From: Dicyema japonicum
Lineage: Eukaryota; Animalia; Dicyemida
Reading direction: 5' to 3'
NCBI GenBank assembly: GCA_011109175.1
Contig: RDEW01000004.1
Coordinates: forward strand, 706,030-770,029
DNA: 64,000 nt
Below, piece after piece: positions 48,499-59,548 of this stretch (position 1 is the stretch's first letter; each line of letters opens with the position of its first letter). A model generated the notes under the pieces. The model worked only from the letters and a program-made list of their open reading frames with translations. It had not been told where the DNA came from and did not search any database. Made by a program: the position numbers and the translations under genes.

Positions 48499-50617
48499 TG
48501 TCACAGGCGCTCGCGTTACCGAGCGCTACGCGTTGCACTAGTGGACTTTGAAAAAAAATCAAAAAAAATTTTTTTGATTTAATTTATCAAATTAATATAT
48601 ATAATTTGACCTAACTACTGCTAAAAGTAAGAATTTTTTATGAAATTTTAGAATTTCTTACAAGTATAATTGATAAGAACTTGCTTTAAATATATAAACA
48701 AAATTATTTTTTTACTGTATATAAAAACAATTCTAAGTGCTTCTGTCAGAGTTTTAACGTTAACTCCAAACTAAAAAAACTATGAGAATTATCTGGCCGA
48801 TTTTTGAATGAGGTTTATTGTTATTTCCCAGAGCTGCAAACGCTTCTTAAAAAGATATTGGGAAAAATGTTTTTTTCATTAATTTAGAAGTAAGATCATG
48901 TAAAATTGTTCATCTTTGTAATGATCATGGAAGGTTGGTAAAACTAATAGGTACGGCACTAGGCCTCATAAACATGATCGACGTCCTGGTATAGAGTGTA
49001 GAATCCTCTTGACAAGGGTGTTACAGACCATTAGCGACGAGAGATATACAGGGAGAGAAATTCTTTTATTCTCCCGAGCACAAGCCTCTCCAGAATTTTT
49101 GACATTGAACATAGCAGTGACACCGGTCTAAAAGACGCTGGATCCTCTTTCGATCTTCCTGGTTTCAGTAGTGGCCGTATTAGAGCCTGTTTCCATAACA
49201 ACGGTATCACATTCTGATTAATTGAATGGTTGAATATCGACGTTAGAAAAGGACTTCATGTGCTCTTTGTGTGAAATTTTAGTATAGAATTTTATTAAGT
49301 TGTTCACATCACTTTGAACATAATCCTCCTCTGTTGAAACTTCATCGCCTTTTGCCACATTTCGAATAGCTTTCCACACCTCTCCCGTAGTGCGATTTCT
49401 ATTCACCATTGTAAGCTCACGATTCCACTTCGACCTTTGGGCCTTGAGCTCTTTTGCCTTTATTTCATTATTCAATGTTCTGATCCGGAGTTTCATATCC
49501 AAGGTTATTCGGTTAGATTTTTTAAGCCGATTTCGTTCTTTAATCAAGGCCGTCTTCCCTAGACCACTCGACGAATTTAAGTATTGTTTGGGTATAGCCC
49601 TTGATCTTGCTTCCAAGATTATTTGGGTAAAGTAGCTGATGGCATTCTCCAGAGAAATAAAGCTATCCAAGTAACAATTCTTCATTTTATCTTCTAAAAT
49701 TTCACGATACAATTTCCAGTTAGCACATTTGTAATTGTAGCTACTAGGAATTGTTCTCACGTTGGCCTTTCTTTTGATCTTCAGCACAATTGGATTATGG
49801 TCGCTTCTTGTTTCGTAGAGGACTGACCAATCAATTTTTGATGAAAGCGACGATGAGCAGAGTGTTACGTCCGGAGAGGTAGGTTTATCTGTCTCTCTCA
49901 GTGGTGTCCTTGTATTTCTCGATGGATCATTCAATATCGTTAGGGAGTCCGTTTGCAATAATAATAATTTCCCTCTCATGTCAGCTAGTTGAGTTGACAG
50001 CCATAATGGATGCTTCGCATTCAAATCCCCGCCGATGATGATTTCATCGAAGGAAGACAGTCTTGATAGGTTTGGCATAACATAACTCTTCGGACAGGAA
50101 CCAGGAGGCGGAACGTAGATATTCACAAGGCATAGTCTTCTTTCCGTTGTCCAGAGCGAGATTCCAATTATTTCTGTTACATCATCATCCCCAACAAGTT
50201 TCCTCATTTCCGAGAAAATGTCTCTGCATTTCAAGTTCTTTTTGAATAGAGTGAGCAGACCTCCACCTCTTTTTTCTTTACGGTCCTTCCTGATAGCTTT
50301 GTATCCTGGGAATGTAGGAGTAGGGTCATTAAAAGAGAGTTTGGTCTCTTGATTCATCGCAACGTTAATCTCCTGACAAGCCAAGAGTGAGCGGAGTTCC
50401 CTGATTTTTCCTTTAATTCCATTTATGTTTAGCTGGAGAGCCGTAAAGTGTTTTTCTCTTCTGTTGCGTTTTCCAAAAATATTTAAATTAGAATTTTTTT
50501 AATTTTAAATATAATAAATGAGAAAAACATGTATAAAGTTTAATAAAAAATGCTTGAAATTATAAATTTGAGCATTATGTAACGCGTAGCGCTTGGTAAC
50601 GTGTAGCGCCTGTGACA
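48499..50617. mobile_element. Non-autonomous Ginger-type element carrying a LINE AP-endonuclease module
   Basis: TIRs TGTCACAGGCGCT..CGTTACC.AGCGCTACGCGTT; TG..CA ends; 5-bp TSD tacta (48494-48498 and 50618-50622). Confidence 0.9.
49218..50470 (-). CDS. Uninterrupted LINE APE endonuclease + linker reading frame (RT deleted); start codon uncertain
   Basis: LQLNINGI, NQETK, RKDR...GGGLL, NIYVPP, GGDLNAKH, SPDVTL, RSDHNPI are all intact. The frame stays open upstream of the annotated TTG at 50384. Confidence 0.7.
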
Positions 50618-52679
50618 TACTATCACCGAGAAACTCAATGGGAAAAACAAATCAAAATGCTTAGAAAAGAAAAATCTACCCAACGCATGCCGTGACAAAG
50701 TTCGGCAGTGCACAATCTCAGAACAGAAAAACCAACATGAATTGAACAAACTTATGAAATATTATGCCGGTATCAGTCACAAGAAATTCCTGAGGATAAC
50801 CCCGTATTTTGCACCCACAAGACAAAAGAAATCAAGCTCACCTATCAACATTACCCACATTGAAGTTGCGACGGAGATTGCTAATACAAAATCATCCCTA
50901 TCCTGTGGACCGGACCGGATTCCAGCAATCATGCTAAAACACCTGGGTCCCATCGGAATCGAAGCAGTCACGAACATCTTCAACTATTCCGTTAACCAAA
51001 ATCAAATACCAAAATCTGGAAACATTCCACATACCCCGATTCTCAAGCCGGGCAGGTCGAAGAACGGCCCTTCCTCCTATAGACCCATCTCTCTACTATG
51101 CTCTACCTTGAAGGTCTTAAAAAGCTCATACTTCGTTTGATCACCCCTGTTCTCCCTCTTACTTACCTACAACATGGTTTCAGGAGCAATCGCTCTACTT
51201 CGACATACCTTACCTCATTAACTCAGTTCATAATTGAAGGATTTGACACTAAACCACACCTCAAATCAGTTATATGCTCTCTCGACCTTCAGAAGGCATT
51301 CGATTCAGTCTCAAGAAGGATCCTTACCTTAAAAATATTTCTACCAGTCAATTCCAACATAAAACTGTGGCTTTCCAACTTTCTCAGCGGAAGGAGAGGA
51401 CGGGTCTGTATGAATGGATCCAGGTCGGTCTTAAGACTTTTTCCAAATGGAGTTCTCCAAGGCTCTTCTTCAGAGTTGTCGGCTCTCCGTTGTCTCCGGA
51501 CCTTTTCAACCTGTTCCTGTCCGACCTGCCTAATCCGGAAGCCAAAAATACAATTGCCCTTGCAGACGATCTGCTCATTGGAGCACGCGATCAAGATGTG
51601 AAACGTGCAACAAAGAAAGCCCAAGAACTCCTTGAAAAATGCAAAATTGGCTAAAACACAACCGTCTGGACATTTCCCCTGAGAAGTCATCTTCCACTCT
51701 GTTCACATCGGATAACAAGATCTATTGACTTGTATATTGGCAACACGAAGATCCCTTTCACAAAAAAACTCAAAGATTTTGGGTATCACTTTCGATACCC
51801 ATATGTGTTTCCCCCCATATTGAAAAGACCATCGGGACCTTCCAAAGGAAAATTGGACAGATCAAATCGCTATTTGGAGGTCTAATAAAGAATCCTTTTC
51901 CACCCATTGGATCCTTATACAAACAATTCATCGAGCCGACCATTGCCTATGTCTGCGTTTCATGGGGAACAAACCTCTCATGGACGAACTCTCTGAAAAC
52001 CGATGCTGTGTACGCCAGGCGGCTACGTCAATAAAACACTTGGCAAAACTTTGAAGAATTATCACTCTCTACTCTCGACCATCTTATCCGCGAAAATGGA
52101 AAGGGTTTCGTATACCTTCGAAAACTGAAGTACCTATTACAGAAAGACGAGTCCACCCATAAAAACAGAAATAGAAAATACATCACGTCGGAGGAATATA
52201 TGGGAAACACTACCTCCCGCCCAATCCATCGCTGTGCTGGATCAAAAGTCCAACATCGGGAAAAGTTAAGGAGCCTCTTCAGAGTTGTCGGAATCACCTA
52301 ATTAATTAGTTCCTTTAATTAACTGTTGGTGTTTTGGGTTAATAATAGAATTTTGACGACCACGCTGTTACCAGTGATTCACCACAACAGAACCGGATTG
52401 TCTTCAGGGACTCAAACTCAGCTAAAAAATAAGTAAAGAACACTTTTGACTTCATTCTTTTATCCCATCGATTTTTTTCTTAAATAAATCTTGTGTTCTG
52501 CCTAAGCGGAGGTTTAAGTAATGCAAACAATACTATTCATCGACAGAAGGGCCGATAATAAAAATAATAATTTGAAGACAGCTAGAAGGGCATTTTTAGA
52601 GAGGAGTTAATTTTGTATTGAAAAACTAGTGATAGTTCAGTGAACAAATTATACAGTTTTAACAACTAGAAAGTAGTTA

Positions 52680-52900
52680 TTTTATTCCCACGACTTTATT
52701 GATGCAGTGTTTCCCCTCTGGAACGCCATGGAGACCAACATGATGGGATATTGCGTTTCACTGTCATCTTGATTTCTGAGGGAGGTCATACGTCCAAGTT
52801 TCTTGAGGAAGACTAAAGACTTTTTGATTATTGCTCCGGTTTTATCGACAGCAATCGCGCGGAAGGCACATCGGTAGAAAACTCCACTGTTTTCTTTAGC
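52680..52900 (-). mobile_element. CRE-like 3' remnant
   Basis: AIAVDKTGA..FLKKLGR...VSMAFQRGNTASI. Confidence 0.7.
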
Positions 52901-53523
52901 TCTCTATGTTTTTTCGATGATGTGGGTGGAGAAGAGAGAGATTTGCTTTATGCTTTTTGTGCGACCTAAAAAATGAAGTAGATGAAGCAAAGGGCCCATA
53001 TGCTCTTCTCAAATTTGCATCGTTAAGGGAACCGTGGAAGCGTTGCTTTGAAGAAATTGTCTGCGACGCTGCACAAGAAACGAGATCTCAATTTTTAAGT
53101 TTGAATGATAAAAAACGATAATGTCTAGATGATTGGTGAATCTAAAATAGGAACTTCGACGATAACCAATCCTCCTCGATCAGAAGAGAGTATCAGCCAT
53201 AATTCAATCTGTCAACTAGCAAAGTGGTTAATGGCCGGAGTTGAAATGGTGACTTATCTCTATGCCCCTTCTTCTCATAGGCAAGGTGACGGAATCTGAT
53301 GACATCGGAAGCTCAAAGTTCAGAATAAAGGAAGTGTCGGATGCACGTAACCTCTCCCGAACTTCGGGAATCATCCGTCAGAAGCTGCACCGACAGAATG
53401 ATAATTAATACGATTGCTAGTAATTTTTGTCCCCTAGTTTACCAAAGAGAGGTTAGACAATTCCACCCACGTGTGTGAAGGTAATCGTATGAAATAAATA
53501 ACAACACATATATTAAAATAATG

Positions 53524-54255
53524 TCATAACAGTGCTACGACAGCAATGAAAGAATAAAATAAGGCAGTCGCATATAAGACGGGGTAAAAACAATCTGAGA
53601 GTCTGAAAGATTCAACGAGTGCACGTGTGGATGAAACAGCACTCCACAACACGAAAATAGGACCAGTAACCAATCCAAACCAAGTGATAGCTCGTCTAAC
53701 AATAAGTAACCCACATCTACCCAGTAAGCGAGACTAAAGCAGAGAGTAAGGTCAGAACTGTCAAGGGAGAGACGGAGTAACCGATAACGGAAATAACAAA
53801 GAAGAATGAACGATCGACCGTGGGATCACCATCACTTAAGTAAATCATAAGAAAACGGTTCACTCATCAAATTCAGTAGGGAGTAGAGCCCAACAGATCC
53901 CATGACGAAAAAGGCATAAACGTAGTTGAGACGCATGATTCCTGACTAAGCAATAAATACTCGAAATACCAATAATAGCGAAAAGGCAAACACGGAGATT
54001 ATCAGGGAAGCACCTAAAAGGTCGAAGCCTGTGGAGGATGATTGGTTCTTGAATGGATGTAGCACGTGCAGAGAATTATACAATATTTGTTTTGGGTATA
54101 TTTCTAGTTCATCCAAAAGAGATTCTTCCACCTCAGGAATGACGTCATTTATTATGTTTGGGGTAAAATAGGTCGGATTATACGTTTGAAAATTATTGTG
54201 TTGAAGGTAATTTATGCTTGTGGTAAATAATTAATTCATACTCGTTGTAATTCAT
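53524..54255 (-). CDS. YIPF5: Yip1-domain protein (YIPF5/YIPF7 type), 4 micro-introns
   Basis: EESLLDELEI..QILYNSLHVLHP, DLLGA, LNYVYAF..GSVGLYSLLNLMS, VISVIGYS..PL, WSAVSS, LFYSFIAVVALL*. Introns of 25, 24, 22 and 25 nt. Confidence 0.85.
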
Positions 54256-54439
54256 CAAGGATTAAAAATTCCCCACAAAAACAAATACGTGGAGTATTTT
54301 TAAAATTAATTAATAATTTCAAAATGACAAAAAATAATTTAAATTTAAATTATTTTTCGATTTGGTTCTCACAACTGTGGTTCTGAATAGCGTTGTGGTT
54401 AGTGATGTTTTTATGAGCAGAGTTGTTTATATTTTATTT

Positions 54440-55330
54440 TATTTATTTATTAAAACCAAAAATCACCGACAAATTAAATAACTACATAGTCGTCAGGTGA
54501 TTCCGGCCGCCTTGACTAGCCATCTCATTCTTGCTCGGTGTTCCTCCCGCGTTCCAACGCATTTTCGGATTGGGTGGGGTTTCTAACTTTTGGGGGGTAA
54601 TGCTCCGGTTTTCTCACTAATTCCTTAAAAGGTATAAGGTTTAAAGGTGTCTGGAAAAACCTTTGCAGAGCCTTAATGGCCATTTTTAGGAATGTGTTGA
54701 TTTTTTCCATATTCGAGTTTGATAGTTTGGTTCCCCATGCAGCACACCCGTAAGTTGGAGACGGTTGAATATACTGCACGTAGAGCGAGTCCAAATTTGA
54801 GGTGAAACACCCCTTATATTGTCCAAGGAGTGTTTTAACAAAATTTAGCTTTCGTTGTACCGAGGAGATGACGTTGTCGATGTGTTTGCTGAAGGTCAAG
54901 AGTGGGTCGTATGTTACGCCCAGTATCTTGACCGAGTTGGTCGTGGGGATTGAGCTTCCATTTATGGTTACACATAGAGCGGAGTTTGTCAACCTTCTGA
55001 TTGTTGTATAAGACTTTTTGGGACTTGTATGTAAAATGTTCTTAATGAGCCAGCAGTTCAGATCGTCCAATGAAGCTTGTAGCCGGTATACAGCAGTATG
55101 AACGCACGGTTATATCACCCGCAAATGTCAGAACCAGAGTATCGTCACTGATAAGGGAGGGCATATCATTTAGGAATAGGTTAACATGTGTGGTGACAGT
55201 GGAAATCTTGAGGGACCCCATTTGGAGAGAACTTGGTCACTGACCTAGCTTTTCCAGCAGGAAATTAGAAATCCAGATTTTCAGGTTGTGTTTATACGTG
55301 GGTAGCGAAAGGGGGTTAATGAAATCTTAA
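54440..55330 (-). mobile_element. LINE RT/thumb and 3' end remnant
   Basis: GVPQ, LFLNDMP, TFAGDI, VKILGVTYDPLLTFSKHI, LYVQYIQP..YGCAAW. Confidence 0.85.
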
Positions 55331-56759
55331 TGGAGAATGACCTCCCAACGTCTTTGACCTATTCTTCTAAGATAGCTATATTCTTCTAAGATAATGATAC
55401 CAACATTCTCATCCACAAGACAATTTGTGCTGGTTACCGATGTGAGACTACTGGAACCTAAGATTTATCAGATTGACTATCTGTCGCATAAAAGCACCAC
55501 TCGAGGTTCTATGGGGGAGTGACATTTGGTAATAATAGATGCGTGGAACCTTCAGCCTCATAGCAGCGAGATTAGAACCAGGAACCATCAGGAGTTTGCC
55601 AAGCACTAATGACACTGAGTTATCCCGGCAAAATTGTCCCAGCTATACTCCGTATCAAAGGAATTCCATGCTAGGTAAAGATATCTTATAGAACACCTGT
55701 GCTTCTCAGTAACACTACAGACGAGTCTAATTGGGACAGAACAGTAGGAAAAGTATGGTTCGGAACTCTGAATGAGGGAACCTGTCTCTCAGATCATAAG
55801 TATGTCACTAAGATATACTAAGCTTCCGTGATATTATTAAAGACCTATGATTCAGCCTTTTGGGAACCTAAGTGGATCAACCCATTGCACTGAATACTTG
55901 GGTCTCTCTTAAGACTGAAGTGGCTATTGCGGATATAGAAGCGTTATATAAAGATACTCCATGGGGGCCCTAAGGACGCACGTTGGAATTTGTTAGGTCA
56001 CATTTTAAGAATGGGCGCGCGTCTGAAAATGTCATCATGGGAGACCACTTTGAATATCGGGGGAATGATTCTGTGGACTCCCACATACGGCGCTTCCTGA
56101 AGTTTTTAATTTGAGGCTCATAAAGAGAGCACTGATGGACTGTAAGCCTGTTGATATGAGGAATCTGGCCTCAAATATATGAAAGCGAAATCAATCAGTG
56201 AATCATCCATGAGGAGCACGTGTGAATTATAACTTATATGACATTGAGTACAACAAACAATTTTAATAACATTTAAACTTTGATTTTATATACAAAAATG
56301 GCCCTAATTACAATTACAGGTATATTCCGTCAATCACCCATCAACTTTATTTCACAGCCGTCATCAAGGTCATCAGAGTTTGAGGGACATATTTTATTTT
56401 TCTCAAATAATAGACATCTATTAAAATCAATCTGACTACTACCGTGGGTGGAATTGAGCACTTGGCTTACGTCCAATCAGTCGTAGTAAGGAAAAGCTCT
56501 GAGAATATTGTAATTGAACCCAAACAAGGAATAAAGTCGTCCGATGAAGAGTTCATCTCTGCTTCCACTAATTTGAGGAACTGACACGTGGTAGTTCCGA
56601 AAGCATCCTATTGGTGACTTGGACGTGAAGAGGGGCCAGGGTGAGTTGTTTAACCCCTCTAAGGGGAAAAGGGTGATTCCCATAGATTCGGACGAATAAA
56701 TTGTTGTTTATACTTTGTTCTTATTTTAAAAAATTATGTTAAAAAATGAATATTAGTTT

Positions 56760-58203
56760 CTAATCTTTATTTTTTCTTTCCTGTACAAAAAGGTATCTAA
56801 GTGATGAATGTAATGAATACGTCAAAATGAAAGCAACCAAAATGAAAAGAAGCGGCAAAATGAATATTATGCGTGCATGGTAGTACGAAATGATGTAAAG
56901 TCGAAGTCCTACAGCACATCCCAGTACTCTGCAAAAACCTTCGAGCAATAGAATTATGGAGAACAGACAGCCTGGGAGTTAGGAATGATCAACCTTTTTC
57001 ATCATTGTCGACTAATTTGGCCAAAATTGATCTCAGAATGGTGGAAGGAAGAGTTTGACATGAGAGGAATACCATGGCTATTATAAAACTGGGGACCAAC
57101 CAGAATAAACGAAAAACTTGTTCTGCGCAAACCCAAGCATGAGAAATCCCACAATGTTCACCAAACACGTTGTGATTCCGAAAGCAATATCATTGATTCG
57201 TTGGTATTCCAAGTTGTCGACACTCTTGAAGAACTTGGAACTGAGATAACATAGAATAAGTCCCCCGGCACTGGGAATAGAGATCGCAAAGCCGTATTCC
57301 ATGTTGTTCATCACAAAGGGGTCAGATGTCAGGTAGAGGTAAGAGATGGACATAAAGTCTAATAATAATCCACGAAACTACAGTTATTGGCCAAAAATGA
57401 GATCAGAAAACAAAAAGGTAAAATAATATGAATTTACTGGAATCTCGTTTTTTCAGTACAACTCGGAACAAATTCCTTATAAATTATAAATTCAACCTAA
57501 AATTGAAGGAGGGTTCGTTACGTCGATCGTTTGTCTCGAGGATTCGTATATCCTTGACATAAATTAGCCCATAAATCGCGGAGACAAAGTAGCAGATTAT
57601 TGAGGACGTGAATACAATGCTGAGTTCCTGCATATCCGCGAAATACCCCGAAATATTATCCGCCACTAATACAGCAAGAATGGAGAATAGTTCGACAATC
57701 AGTAGTTTGGTGGAAATCAGTTCAAATGTGGAAGTGGTGGCGATGTAACTGAAGCATGCCTGTTTCAGCACGTAGGTTCCCCCGAAAATGTAGAAGAGTA
57801 AAGTACTCGTGTACATCATCCAGAATCCAAAATCAAAGTACATTAAGTATATGAGAAACAGACAGCCGATAGAGGTTCCTACGTTTGGAACAGTAAAGGA
57901 CAGTTTATAGCGACCTCTGTCGATTTGAATGCCAAATATGAAAATAATGACGACAGGAATGAAAATTATGACTAACACGTTTATGGTCATAACATTGTTG
58001 GCTATCCTCTGTACTTGGACTCGTTTGAATTGAGTCACGTAATTATTATTTTTTAGTGATTGCAGGAACGTGCAATTCTGGTAAATGTTTTTGCAGGCAA
58101 TTTCATAAGCCATGACTTGTCTCGAAAACAAATATAAATTTTCAGCCAATATAATCAAAAACATTAGTGGTCCCACAAAACTAGAATTTGGCAAAGTTTC
58201 CAT
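56760..58203 (-). CDS. SLC46/PCFT-family MFS transporter; probable homopolymer frameshift at ~57410
   Basis: Multi-TM protein with FGIQIDRGRYK, GG......ACFSYIATTS, LYLTSDPF, ILRSILAKLVDNDEKG.LFSII..LEG. Introns of 21-24 nt. Confidence 0.8.
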
Positions 58204-58489
58204 TTTATAATTTTCTTGAATATGTGTGACACAATTCCCACAAGATTAATTATTCTGGTACATTTTACTTTGACATTTTATTGTTTTATTTTTTTGATGG
58301 TTAACCGTTAATTTAATAATTTAATTTTTATTAATTTATAATTAATTCTCGCGGCAAAAGCTTAATTTGGGATGCTGCCTGTACTGACAGCTTTTCCCAG
58401 TCGAAACTTTTGAGGTCGGCAATGAAAGCGGGATAGGCTGCCCGTTTATATGAAAACTCAAAAATAAAGAAATACAGCAGCCTCCTAAA

Positions 58490-59455
58490 CCGTTTCCATG
58501 TACAGCCAGTGGTCGTCGAGACGAGCGGAGTCTTTGGCCCCAAGACGGTCTCTTTCCTTAGAGCACTTGGGTGTCTATTGACCAAAGCCTCGAGGGAGCG
58601 TCGGGAAACCGAGTGGCTTTTCCAAAGGATATCCCTGGCAGTAGTCAGAGGTAACAGCCACTCGATCATATCCGCTGGACTCAGTAATATCCCAGTTGAA
58701 TCATGAATAGAATTGTTATTAAAAAAAAATTTACAAAATGTCACACGAAAGTGATATTCCTTCAGGTCAGTTTAATATCCTTTCAAGAGACCGGGATATT
58801 CAGAATGCCACAGAGAGGATCCAAAATAACTTGGATAGTCTAAACGTTTGGATAATAGAAAACCGGCTTAGGATGAGTGCAGAAAAGTCAATCACTTCCC
58901 TTTTCACCTCGGACAAAAGATTGGGAAGGAGGACTGTCACCTTGAAGGTAGACAAGGACGATATCTTTTTCAACAGATGTCAGATGATATTGGGAGTGAA
59001 AACATTCTCACAAAATGTGAAATGAAAATTATGTGAAATGAAAATTAATTTCTAAAGACCTTTTCTGGATTATGGAAGGTCGGTACCCACCCAGTACTGA
59101 AGAACGTATACAAGCAGTACATTGAGCCATGTATCTCATATGCATGCGATTCGTGAAGGCCCTTCATCTCATATAAAAATAAATGAAAAGTGGAGAAATG
59201 CAGAAGAGGGCGTTCAGAATTACGGAGCGATGTATTCGTTGGGAAAATGGATCCGGACCGACTCCTCTGGAAGTCCTCATGCGGCTAGATTCTGGGATGA
59301 CTCAAAGCACCTCTGCACACAGTCGCCCGATACGTACATGTGTCGGATCGAGAAAGGAACATCGAGAAAAGATGGGGACTTTATTCGAACATATCGGGAT
59401 CACGTGATAGTTAGTTTTGATTTTTGACGTGGTCTTTGGGTATTTAAATAATAAA
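58490..59455 (+). mobile_element. CRE-like 3' end (58490-58730) followed by a LINE 3' portion (58760-59455)
   Basis: VVETSGVFGP..FLRALG..RETEWLFQRISLAVVRGN with A-tail; then NRLRMSAEKS, ILGV, MQKRAFRIT, matching 25600-25810. Confidence 0.8.
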
Positions 59456-59548
59456 TATCTTTTAAACTTTATCTGGAGACTGTTCTTCGGGATCCGAGAG
59501 CTAAAATTTGTCCACTTTTATCTTGGAAATAATATATGCGGATTTACA

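Larger units (their letters stand above)
47790..52345 (+). mobile_element. APE-RT LINE (47790-48498 and 50618-52345), split by a Ginger shell
   Basis: TSPDLTL before the insertion; KNLSDT|ITEKL reads across the insertion site; GPDRIP, YRPISLL, QHGFR, LDLQKAFDSV, LSPDLFNLFLSDLP, LADDL after it. Confidence 0.88.
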
